Shown: positions 43,573 to 52,067 of the stretch, piece by piece
How the letters are laid out: every line of letters begins with the position of its first letter
How positions within the stretch are numbered: the first letter of the stretch is position 1
NCBI GenBank assembly: GCA_030917865.1
Contig: JAUPTX010000002.1
Coordinates: forward strand, 40-64,039
Source of the DNA: Patescibacteria group bacterium
Lineage (GTDB): Bacteria; Patescibacteriota; Minisyncoccia; Phycocordibacterales; CSBR16-119
DNA: 64,000 nt
Direction: 5' to 3'
Program-made: the position numbers and the translations under genes
Notes under the pieces: generated by a model
Databases searched by the model: none
Told to the model about the DNA's origin: nothing
What the model saw: only the letters and a program-made list of their open reading frames with translations

Positions 43573-45345
43573 TTGAAGGAGGTTTATGCTAATATTATCC
43601 TTATGGAAAACGAAAAACTATCACACAAAAGACACACATTAGCCCACCTTCTGGCTCAGGCGGTTTTAGAGCATTATCCGTCTGCCCTCCCAACACTTGG
43701 CCCAGCAGTAGAAAACGGCTTTTATTACGACTTTGATTTTGGTGCGGAAAAATTAACAGACGAAGACTTAAAGAAGATCCAAAAATCAATGAAGAAAAAC
43801 CTGAACAAATGGACAGAATTTTCTCACCGAGTCGTCTCAGCACAAGAAGCAAAAGATTTCTACAAAAATAATCCCTACAAACTAGAGCTGATAGAAGAAA
43901 TCGCAAACAAAGGTGAAGATATAACTTTCTACTCTTGTGGAGGATTTGAAGATTTGTGCCGAGGTGGACACTCAGAAAACCCATCAAAAGAAATTTCTGG
44001 CGATGCTTTTAAGCTATCTCACATAGCAGGAGCGTACTGGCGAGGAGATGAAAAAAATAAAATGCTAACTCGTATTTATGGTGTGGCTTTTGAAACGGCA
44101 GAAGATTTGAAAAACTACGAAGACTTTTTAGCAGAAGCAAAGAAGCGCGATCACAGAAAAATTGGCGCAGAGCTAGACCTTTTCACTTTCTCTGATTTGG
44201 TTGGACCGGGGCTACCACTTTTCACACCCAAGGGTACTCTTGTCCGAGATTTGGTAATTGAAAAAATAAGTAAAATCCAGAAAAAATTCGGATATCAAAA
44301 AGTTACAATTCCTCACATCACAAAAGCAGATTTGTATAAAACATCTGGTCACTACGAAAAATACGGCGAAGATTTATTTAAAGTAAAAGGCCGAGGCGAG
44401 ACAGAATTCTGTATCAAGCCAATGAACTGCCCTCACCACACACAAATCTATGCCTCACAAATGAGAAGCTATAAAGATTTACCTCTACGATATGTAGAAA
44501 CAACAACAGTTTACCGAGATGAACAAGCTGGTGAGCTGATGGGGCTTTCACGAGTACGAGCAATCTCTCAAGACGATGGACATATTTTCTGTACACCAGA
44601 GCAAGTAGAAGAAGAAATTAAAAATATCATCTACATAATCAAAGAATTCTACAACTCTTTAGGAATGCTACAAGACGGCAGATATTGGGTTTCTCTTTCT
44701 GTACGCGACCCGCAAAACTTGGACAAATACATTGGAGATGAAAATATCTGGAATACAGCAGAAAAGACCCTCGAAGAAATTTGTAAAAACGAAGGTCTAA
44801 ACTACAAACGAGTCGAAGGCGAAGCAGCTTTCTACGGACCAAAGATAGATTTCCAATTCAAAGACGCTATCGGCCGAGAATGGCAACTAGGTACTGCACA
44901 GCTGGACTTCAATATGCCGAAAAGATTTGGACTAGAATACACAGACAAAGACGGACAAAAGAAAACTCCTGTGATGATCCACCGCGCTATCGCAGGGTCG
45001 CTCGAGAGATTTCTCTCTGTTGCCATCGAACACTTTGCTGGTGCCTTCCCTGTTTGGATGTCGCCTGTACAAGTCGCGATAGTACCAGTGAACGCCGAAG
45101 CTCATGGAGACTATGCAAGGCAGGTTTACGAAAAACTTTTAGAAGCTGACGTGCGCGCAGAGCTTTATGCCGAAAACGAATCACTTGGCAAAAGAGTGCG
45201 ACAAATCAAAACTCAAAAAATCCCTTTTACGCTCGTAATCGGTGATAAAGAAAAAGATTCAGACAAACTGACAGCTGAAGGAAGAAACGAGGAGAAACAC
45301 GAAAATTTGAGTATAGAAGAAATAGTAAAATTAATTAAATCATAA
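43573..45345 (+). CDS. thrS: threonyl-tRNA synthetase (short form without an N-terminal TGS domain); its last roughly 500 nt are visibly GC-richer
   Basis: Second-additional-domain motifs HKRHTLAHLLAQAV and CGGFEDLCRGGH, a class II core, and a C-terminal anticodon-binding domain. Confidence 0.9.
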   Translation: MKEVYANIILMENEKLSHKRHTLAHLLAQAVLEHYPSALPTLGPAVENGFYYDFDFGAEKLTDEDLKKIQKSMKKNLNKWTEFSHRVVSAQEAKDFYKNNPYKLELIEEIANKGEDITFYSCGGFEDLCRGGHSENPSKEISGDAFKLSHIAGAYWRGDEKNKMLTRIYGVAFETAEDLKNYEDFLAEAKKRDHRKIGAELDLFTFSDLVGPGLPLFTPKGTLVRDLVIEKISKIQKKFGYQKVTIPHITKADLYKTSGHYEKYGEDLFKVKGRGETEFCIKPMNCPHHTQIYASQMRSYKDLPLRYVETTTVYRDEQAGELMGLSRVRAISQDDGHIFCTPEQVEEEIKNIIYIIKEFYNSLGMLQDGRYWVSLSVRDPQNLDKYIGDENIWNTAEKTLEEICKNEGLNYKRVEGEAAFYGPKIDFQFKDAIGREWQLGTAQLDFNMPKRFGLEYTDKDGQKKTPVMIHRAIAGSLERFLSVAIEHFAGAFPVWMSPVQVAIVPVNAEAHGDYARQVYEKLLEADVRAELYAENESLGKRVRQIKTQKIPFTLVIGDKEKDSDKLTAEGRNEEKHENLSIEEIVKLIKS

Positions 45346-45346
45346 A

Positions 45347-45408
45347 ATATAGGGCGCCTTCGGCGCCCTATATTTTATTTAAAAGCCCTACCAACTGGTA
45401 GGGCTTTT
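45347..45408. terminator. two adjacent GC hairpin terminators (TATAGGGCGCC-TTCG-GGCGCCCTATA + T-run for thrS; AAAAGCCCTACCA-ACTG-GTAGGGCTTTT, bidirectional, for the murD fragment)
   Basis: Seen directly at 45348-45380 and 45381-45408. Confidence 0.7.
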
Positions 45409-45954
45409 GCACGCAAGACGCGCCACAGAACTTCTGAACTCCCGAGATCTATGCTCATAGTTCGTAAAAAGGTCAAAACTTGCACACGCTGGAGAAAGCA
45501 GAACTGTATACCCGGGCTGAGCAAGCTGCATTGCAGACATAACAGCTTCGTCCATTAAAAGACAGTCCGAGGTAACGGGAACGTCTTGAGAGAAAAAATT
45601 CCTCAGACGATCGTTTACCCTGCCCAAGGCAACGATTGCTTTTACCTTCTTTTCGACAGCAGACAGAAGCACCGAATAGTTATTTCCCTTATCGACGCCG
45701 CCAGCAATCCAAATTATTGGACCACCAGTTTCTTCTAGTGCCCACCAAGCAGAATTCACATTGGTTGAAAAAGAATCATCTACAAAACTGATACCTTCGA
45801 ATAGCCCAACTTTTAGCAGACGATAGTCGAGGACCGGACGAAAACCTTCTCGTATTTCGTCTTTAGTTGGAGAAATTCTACCCTCAATACCAACACCCTC
45901 TCTCTTGTGCCCAGCAATGTTTCCGTTTACTGCGATCTCTATTATGTGTCTCAT
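45388..45954 (-). pseudogene. murD: GC-rich gene fragment matching only the C-terminal domain of UDP-N-acetylmuramoylalanine--D-glutamate ligase (MurD); truncated remnant or captured fragment
   Basis: VDDSFSTNVNSAWWALEE...IIWIAGGVDKGNNYSVL...LSPACASFDLFTNYEHRSREF aligns to the MurD C-terminal domain. The ATP-binding and N-terminal domains are absent (188 aa versus about 440). GC is visibly higher than in neighbouring genes. Confidence 0.55.
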
Positions 45955-46031
45955 GGTGCTGTAATTTGCATATATTATACAACGAAAAAGCCTTGTAATA
46001 GCAAGGCTTTTTCAGAACAACATATTTAATT

Positions 46032-48074
46032 TTATATATCAATATCCGCCAACTTTGCGTTTGTTTGTATAAATGCTTTTCTTGGAGGAACTTCACTTCC
46101 CATAAGCATATCAAAGGTTTTATCAGCTTCGATAGCATCTTCGATTTTAACTTGAAGAAGTATTCTATTGTCTTTATCCATCGTAGTTTCTTTAAGTTCG
46201 TCTGGGTTCATTTCTCCGAGACCTTTATATCGTTGAACAGAAAGTTTTGGCTTCTTTGTCTTTACCTCTTCTTCCTCTTCTACTGGAACACCTTCAGTTT
46301 CTCCAGTTTCTTCAAGATCTGTTTCGGAAACACCTTCTTTCTTTAGGAATTCTTTTTTCTCTTCATCAGAGTAAAGATAGATTTTTTCTTTTCCTTTTGT
46401 CACCTTGTAAAGTGGCGGCTGTGCGATATACAGATATCCAGCTTCTACAACAGGTCGGAAATATCTGTAGAACAAAGTCAAAAGCAAAGTTCTAATGTGT
46501 GCACCGTCAACGTCGGCATCTGTCGCGATGATGATTTTGTGATATCTAATGTCTTCGATATTAAATGTATCGCCGATAGAAGTACCGATAGCAATAACCA
46601 AAGATTTAACTTCGTTTGATGCAAGCATTTTGTCGAGTCTCGCTCTTTCTACGTTTAGGATTTTACCTTTGAGAGGTAGCACTGCTTGAGTTCGTCTATC
46701 GCGACCCATTTTTGTCGAACCACCCGCAGAGTCTCCCTCTACGATAAAAAGCTCTGATTCTTCGGCAGATTTTGACTGACAATCAGCAAGCTTTCCAGGT
46801 AGAGTCATCCCCTCCAAAGCACCTTTTCTCAAAACTGAATCTTTGGCAGCTTTCGCAGCTTTTCGCGCCTTAAGAGCAAGTATCGCTTTGTTGATTATTG
46901 ATTTTGCTTCGTCTGGGTTTTCTTCTAGGAAATTTGCAAATGCATCAGAGAAAACAGACTCAACAGCACCTCGTGCTTCTGGACTACCGAGTTTATCTTT
47001 TGTTTGACCTTCGAATTGGATTTCTGGCATTTTCACAGAAACTACAGCAGTGAGTCCTTCTAGCACGTCGTCTCCAGTAAAGCCACCCTCTTTTTCGTTT
47101 AGGATTCCGTTCTTTTTGTTATAGTTGTTTATGAGTCTTGTCAGTGCGGTTTTAAAACCTGTGACGTGCATACCCCCTCCTGGTGTATAGATATTGTTCG
47201 CAAAAGGAACAATACGAGAAGAAATATCGTCTACATATTGAAGTGCGATTTCAACTGTTATGTCGTCAACTTCTTTTTCAACATAGAAAATTTTATCGTT
47301 AACAGATTTTAGATCTTGGTTGTAGTGAGCAACCATAGAAACAATACCTCCTTCGAAATAAAAAGACATCGAAGGTATTTCAAGACCCAAATCTTTTACA
47401 AAGAAAGTGTCGTCTTCGTTTATCTTTTCTTCGTAGTCCCTAGCATCGTTTATAGTTATACGAAGTTTACGAACTAGGTAAGCCTGCTCTCTGTAGTGGT
47501 TAACAATTCTTTTCCAATCAAATTTAATTTCTTTGAAAATCTCAACGTCTGATTGAAACTTTACGATTGTTCCATTTTCTTTTGAAGATCCGATTTTCTT
47601 AACTTTATATTGAGGTTTACCGATTTTATATTCTTGAACATGCAAGCCACCTTCTCTGTGAACCGTTACTTTCATATGAGTCGAAAGAGCGTTCACCACA
47701 GAAGCACCCACACCGTGAAGACCTCCGGAAACTTTATAACCCTTGTCTTTTCCACCGAATTTACCTCCGGCGTGAAGAACCGTCATGATAGTTTCTAATG
47801 CAGAAACTTTTGTTTTTGAGTGAATACCAACTGGGATACCTCGCCCGTTGTCGGCAACACGCACGTAGTCGTTTGGCAAAAGAGTTATTTCGATATGATC
47901 ACAGTGACCCGCCATCGCTTCGTCGCGAGAGTTATCGAAAATTTCTTTTATAAGGTGATGAAGTCCGTCTGGTCCAGTTGAACCGATGTACATACCAGGA
48001 CGTTTTCTAACAGGCTCTAACCCCTCGAGAACTGAAATGTCATCTGCACTATAGTTACTTGTATCTTTTGCCAT
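46032..48074 (-). CDS. gyrB: DNA gyrase subunit B (type IIA topoisomerase ATPase subunit; ParE cannot be formally excluded)
   Basis: GHKL ATPase N-terminus (LEGLEPVRKRPGMYIGSTG...HHLIKEIFDNSRDEAMAG), a TOPRIM domain and the C-terminal end. Confidence 0.85.
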   Translation of the reverse strand: MAKDTSNYSADDISVLEGLEPVRKRPGMYIGSTGPDGLHHLIKEIFDNSRDEAMAGHCDHIEITLLPNDYVRVADNGRGIPVGIHSKTKVSALETIMTVLHAGGKFGGKDKGYKVSGGLHGVGASVVNALSTHMKVTVHREGGLHVQEYKIGKPQYKVKKIGSSKENGTIVKFQSDVEIFKEIKFDWKRIVNHYREQAYLVRKLRITINDARDYEEKINEDDTFFVKDLGLEIPSMSFYFEGGIVSMVAHYNQDLKSVNDKIFYVEKEVDDITVEIALQYVDDISSRIVPFANNIYTPGGGMHVTGFKTALTRLINNYNKKNGILNEKEGGFTGDDVLEGLTAVVSVKMPEIQFEGQTKDKLGSPEARGAVESVFSDAFANFLEENPDEAKSIINKAILALKARKAAKAAKDSVLRKGALEGMTLPGKLADCQSKSAEESELFIVEGDSAGGSTKMGRDRRTQAVLPLKGKILNVERARLDKMLASNEVKSLVIAIGTSIGDTFNIEDIRYHKIIIATDADVDGAHIRTLLLTLFYRYFRPVVEAGYLYIAQPPLYKVTKGKEKIYLYSDEEKKEFLKKEGVSETDLEETGETEGVPVEEEEEVKTKKPKLSVQRYKGLGEMNPDELKETTMDKDNRILLQVKIEDAIEADKTFDMLMGSEVPPRKAFIQTNAKLADIDI

Positions 48075-48168
48075 ATTTTAGTCGTGTTTTTATTAAAATT
48101 ACCATTATATTATAGCAAATTTTGACACTTTTTACAAAGAAATTTGTGGGAAAAAACAGAGTTTTTGT

Positions 48169-48197
48169 TTGACAAATTAATATAAAATATGTATACT
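48169..48197 (+). promoter_or_regulatory. sigma70-type promoter (-35 TTGACA, 17-nt spacer, -10 TATACT) for the 168-aa secreted ORF
   Basis: TTGACA at 48169-48174 and TATACT at 48192-48197, in the context tTTGACAAa. Confidence 0.45.
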
Positions 48198-48224
48198 TAC
48201 GAGCGAACCAACACAAACAAATAG

Positions 48225-48731
48225 ATGAAAAAACTGATCCTTCTCGCCATCTTTTTCCTGGGCATGATCGCCCAAGAAACATTCGGCCAAACCCGATACG
48301 GATGGGCAAACCCCATACCTGACAGTATGACGTGGAACTTGGACCAGTCGGTCAAAGAGGACTTTATCCTCTCCCCTCCAAGCGGCCAAGGTGACATACC
48401 CTTAGAATCGAGTATCTGGCAGAAACCAGAGAAAGACAAGATGACCGTAAAGATCGTGGCTGTAAGGCCCGCCGATCTCGGATTCGGACTTGGTTACGAC
48501 CACTCCGAATTCATCCTGGCCGCCAAAAAGCTCGGATACCTGCATTGCCCCGAATGGGTCCCAATCCAGGCGTACATGAGCTTTGGAAGGAGCAAGGGTC
48601 ACATCTTCTTCTACACAGGAGAAGCGAAGAAGTACTGGTGCTTTGGCCTATACGGCTACAAAAGCCAAGACCTTTGGAAAAGGACCCTGGACGGCAGACC
48701 TGATTCCATATGGATATTCGTACGAGAGTAA
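48225..48731 (+). CDS. hypothetical secreted protein (168 aa, N-terminal signal peptide), GC-rich cassette
   Basis: MKKLILLAIFFLGMIAQETFGQ signal peptide. The body is rich in aromatic residues and glycine. GC is roughly 50% by eye. A chance ORF of this length at that GC is improbable. Confidence 0.55.
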   Translation: MKKLILLAIFFLGMIAQETFGQTRYGWANPIPDSMTWNLDQSVKEDFILSPPSGQGDIPLESSIWQKPEKDKMTVKIVAVRPADLGFGLGYDHSEFILAAKKLGYLHCPEWVPIQAYMSFGRSKGHIFFYTGEAKKYWCFGLYGYKSQDLWKRTLDGRPDSIWIFVRE

Positions 48732-48744
48732 CAACTCTGGTACA

Positions 48745-48783
48745 AAAACCCCTGAAGCGAAAGCTTCAGGGGTTTCTTGTTTA
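48745..48783. terminator. bidirectional intrinsic terminator (AAAACCCCTGAAGC-GAAA-GCTTCAGGGGTTT + CTTGTTT)
   Basis: Perfect 13-bp stem between the convergent 168-aa ORF and pheT. Confidence 0.7.
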
Positions 48784-50595
48784 TCTTATTTCAAATCCTT
48801 TATCTTTTAATTTTGTGTAAATTTCTTCCATTATCGGAGCAACTTCTTCGTCTGTTAGAGTTTTTTCATGCGACTGAAATACAAGTCTGTAAGCATATGA
48901 AGTCTTGTAATCTTTTTGATACACATCGACAAGTCTCGGCTCTCTTGCTAAAAGATTCGCATCTTTTAAAACTTCTTCTATTTCTTTTTTATCAATCTCG
49001 TTTGGTATCAAAACAGCAATATCTCTTGTGATAAAAGGAAAAGAAGACCATTGTGTAAACTTTTTATTTTCTTTAATCTCATTTTCTGCAAATTTATAAG
49101 AAGAAAAATCTATGTTATTTTCTTTTACAAATTCGTCTAGTGACATTTCTGTCACACCTTTTTTATCCACCAAGGCAATATTTAAAACTTCGGAATCTTC
49201 TGTCGTAAAAACATTTCCGATTTCAAAAAGTTTTACATCATCAAGCCCCAAAACCCCAGCGTTTAATTTATTTATTTCATAAGACTCTTTTATTCCATCA
49301 GAAATATTTGTTCGGAGGTTTGATTTCCCTTTTGGACCACGAGCAACCTCGACCTTACCCTTTTTACCGAAAGTATATGTCATCGTCTCGCTATAGCCTT
49401 CATTTAACAGTTTCAAACGTACGGCAAAAATCTTTGCAAAAGTTTCGTTTATTTTTGGTTTTACAGAAATTTCTGGCATTACTGGCGCAACTTTTTCATA
49501 ACCAATAGTTCTACCAATTTCTTCTACTAAATCTTGCATCATATTTAGATCAAGTCTTTCTCCAGGAACAAAGATTTGGAAAATACCGTTTGTCTCACTG
49601 TAATCAAATCCAAGGGAAAGAACTGCTGTGGTTATCGTCGCGACGTCAAAGTCTACTCCCAAAACCCTGTTTATATCTTTCTGAGATACGACTATTTTTC
49701 TTTTTTCTTGCCACTTTTCTTTTGATTCATAAACGTCGACAATATCTTCAAAAGTTGCATCTGGAAACATTTCAAAAATCAAAGAAGAAAGTTCTGTCAT
49801 ACCGAGCGTCGCGTATTCTGGAGACAAATCATTTTCAAATCTTTTTGTAGAGTCTGTAAGTATGCCAAGTCTTCGTGCTGTCTTTCGCACAGATGAAGGC
49901 GCAAAGTTTGCAACTTCTATAACGATATCTTTTGTATTTTCATCAACTTCGGCTTTTGTTCCGCCTTTTACACCAGCAATAGCGAGAGCGCCTTCTTCAT
50001 CTGCAATAACTAAATCGGTTTCTAAAAGCTCTTTCTCTTCTCCGCCCAAGATTTGTATTTCTTCACCCATCTGAGCATTTCTAATATAGATTGTTTTATT
50101 GTCGGCAATTTTATCATAATCAAAAGCATGCGTTGGCTGACCAACGTTAAACATTACGATATTTGTCGCGTCGACAATATTGTTTATACTTCGCTGCCCA
50201 ATTGATTCTAAGTGCGTTACCATCCACTCTTTAGAAGGTCCGACTTTTACCCCGCGAATAATTCGCGCAGAGTATCTTCGGCAAGCACCTCCTTCTATGT
50301 TTATTTTTAATTCTGTTGGAGCGGATTCAGGAATTTTATATGAGAGTGTCGGATCAACAAAAGGAATATTTAAAAGCCCAGAAAGTTCTTTTGCCACACC
50401 TCTGTGTGAAAGCAAATCGTGCGCTCTGTTTGGCAAAATATTTATATCAAAAATAGTATCTTCTTTTCCATCTTTACCAATAAAAGTTTCTACACCTTCA
50501 ACTTCAGTTAAATGGTATGTGAAAACATCTGCCAATTTTTCAGCAGTCGGAATTTCTGGTATATACCACTTTAGCCAGTTGTAAGATATTTTCAT
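48781..50595 (-). CDS. pheT: phenylalanyl-tRNA synthetase beta subunit (short form, 604 aa)
   Basis: MKISYNWLKWYIP N-terminus, B3/B4 and B5 regions, and a C-terminal catalytic-like domain. Confidence 0.85.
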   Translation of the reverse strand: MKISYNWLKWYIPEIPTAEKLADVFTYHLTEVEGVETFIGKDGKEDTIFDINILPNRAHDLLSHRGVAKELSGLLNIPFVDPTLSYKIPESAPTELKINIEGGACRRYSARIIRGVKVGPSKEWMVTHLESIGQRSINNIVDATNIVMFNVGQPTHAFDYDKIADNKTIYIRNAQMGEEIQILGGEEKELLETDLVIADEEGALAIAGVKGGTKAEVDENTKDIVIEVANFAPSSVRKTARRLGILTDSTKRFENDLSPEYATLGMTELSSLIFEMFPDATFEDIVDVYESKEKWQEKRKIVVSQKDINRVLGVDFDVATITTAVLSLGFDYSETNGIFQIFVPGERLDLNMMQDLVEEIGRTIGYEKVAPVMPEISVKPKINETFAKIFAVRLKLLNEGYSETMTYTFGKKGKVEVARGPKGKSNLRTNISDGIKESYEINKLNAGVLGLDDVKLFEIGNVFTTEDSEVLNIALVDKKGVTEMSLDEFVKENNIDFSSYKFAENEIKENKKFTQWSSFPFITRDIAVLIPNEIDKKEIEEVLKDANLLAREPRLVDVYQKDYKTSYAYRLVFQSHEKTLTDEEVAPIMEEIYTKLKDKGFEIR

Positions 50596-51230
50596 GAGTT
50601 AATTTTATTATATTCTGCTTTATACTCCTCAATATAACGGGAAAACATTTCATTTTTTTGAGAATTAAGTACCTTTAATTTTTCTTCTCTTAACTGTGGA
50701 TCTAATTCTTTCTTATAAAGATCATCTACTTGTGATAAATATATTAGGTTTTGAAATTTAATTTTATTCCAAAGATTATTGTACTCTAACTCCACTAAAA
50801 TATCCTTTGTTTTAGATAAATCAACTACGGTAGAACCCTTATAAAAAATTTTATAAATTTTATTTTGAGTAGAACCAAGCATAGGTAAGCTTATAACCGA
50901 ATTATATGCAGCATGTCTAATCTTATGAACTACTAAAAAATTATTTTCTCTTGATAGATTCATGCAGTATTTGTCTGCATTAGATAAAACGTCATAATCG
51001 TATGTTTTCCCTTCAATATCTGAAAATATTTCTTTTTCTATTAATTTTTTATCTTTATCTAAAATGAAATCTTGTTCATCAAAATCACTTATTTTATCTG
51101 ACAACTCACAAATATACGCAATAAAAACATCGGTCACATTATTAACTATGTATACAGAACTCTCAAACCATTCTTGCTTTTGTCTAAGAAGTGTCCACCT
51201 TTTTTCTTCAAAAATAGATTTACTACTCAT
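50592..51230 (-). CDS. hypothetical AT-rich protein (212 aa) inserted between pheS and pheT
   Basis: Complete ORF starting 3 nt after the pheS stop; its stop overlaps the pheT start by 4 nt. Very AT-rich. No recognised motif. Confidence 0.55.
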   Translation of the reverse strand: MSSKSIFEEKRWTLLRQKQEWFESSVYIVNNVTDVFIAYICELSDKISDFDEQDFILDKDKKLIEKEIFSDIEGKTYDYDVLSNADKYCMNLSRENNFLVVHKIRHAAYNSVISLPMLGSTQNKIYKIFYKGSTVVDLSKTKDILVELEYNNLWNKIKFQNLIYLSQVDDLYKKELDPQLREEKLKVLNSQKNEMFSRYIEEYKAEYNKINS

Positions 51231-51233
51231 AAA

Positions 51234-51929
51234 CTAAAATTGATTTATCCTAATATCCCCCTGATAAAAATATCGCACATCTGGAATTTGCCATTTAACC
51301 ATCGCAACACGATCGAGTCCGCCACCAAAAGCAAATCCTTGAACCTTCTCTGGATCAAGTCCTGCATTTTTCAAAACATCAGGATGAATCATCCCGCCAC
51401 CCATCATCTCGAGCCATTTACCTTTGAACTTTGTGTGAATTTCAACAGAAGGTTCTGTGAATGGAAAAAAGCTCGGGCGGAATTCAACTAAAACATCTTC
51501 ACCTAAAACTTGTTTGTAAAATTCTAAAAGCACAGCTTTTAAATTAGCCAAACTTACTTTTGGTCCAACCATACATCCGTCTATCTGAAAAAATTGCATT
51601 TCGTGAGTCGCGTCTGTTGCTTCGTTTCGAAAAACTTTTCCAACAGAGATAAAAGCGCCTTCACTTTTACCTTCTTCTGCGAGCTTTTTCAAAGACCTGG
51701 CCGTGGAGTTTGTCGCATGAGTTCGCAAAACAAAACCAGGTTTTCCTTTGATATAAAAAGTGTCTTGCATGTCACGCGCCGGGTGATCTTTCGGCACATT
51801 TAAAGCGTCGAAATTGTGCCATTCATCTTCGAGTTCTGGAGCGGTCGAAACCTCAAATCCCATGCGAGAAAAAACACCAATAGATTCGGTCATTAATTTA
51901 ACGAGTGGATGTTCTTTACCTTTTTCCAT
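51234..51929 (-). CDS. pheS: phenylalanyl-tRNA synthetase alpha subunit (short form, 231 aa, catalytic core only)
   Basis: Class II motif 2 (FRNEATDATHEMQFFQIDG) and motif 3 (GFAFGGGLDRVAMV). Confidence 0.9.
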   Translation of the reverse strand: MEKGKEHPLVKLMTESIGVFSRMGFEVSTAPELEDEWHNFDALNVPKDHPARDMQDTFYIKGKPGFVLRTHATNSTARSLKKLAEEGKSEGAFISVGKVFRNEATDATHEMQFFQIDGCMVGPKVSLANLKAVLLEFYKQVLGEDVLVEFRPSFFPFTEPSVEIHTKFKGKWLEMMGGGMIHPDVLKNAGLDPEKVQGFAFGGGLDRVAMVKWQIPDVRYFYQGDIRINQF

Positions 51930-52067
51930 TCCTCAAATATAACAGATTTAACACTGTTTTAAAAGGCATATAAACTTTGACAAACCACATTTTTTTTATT
52001 GGATTTTAAAAACTATAACACTTTAACTTCTAGAATAAATATCGTTTAAAAAATATTTATTAAACAA

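Noticed and set aside
44414-45184. Cluster of overlapping ORFs on both strands within the 3' part of thrS
   Set aside because: This is a by-product of the GC-rich composition of that segment (few stop codons). thrS is the only frame with homology. The compositional shift itself is reported as a finding.
45884-46138. 84-aa minus-strand ORF spanning the murD-fragment/gyrB intergenic region
   Set aside because: It overlaps the gyrB 3' end and the bidirectional terminator (AAAAAGCCTTG-TAATAG-CAAGGCTTTTT), and its composition is not protein-like.
48055-48602. Minus-strand ORFs 48055..48309, 48177..48389, 48197..48439 and 48402..48602 overlapping the promoter and body of the 168-aa secreted ORF
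   Set aside because: They are antisense or overlapping frames in a GC-rich patch. The plus-strand ORF has a signal peptide, promoter and terminator. The others have none.
51973-51981. Another TTTGACAAA upstream of the pheS start region
   Set aside because: It has no acceptable -10 at 15-18 nt and no GC-rich ORF downstream, and it lies in the pheS upstream region. It is probably a chance occurrence, and a reminder that the motif alone is not diagnostic.
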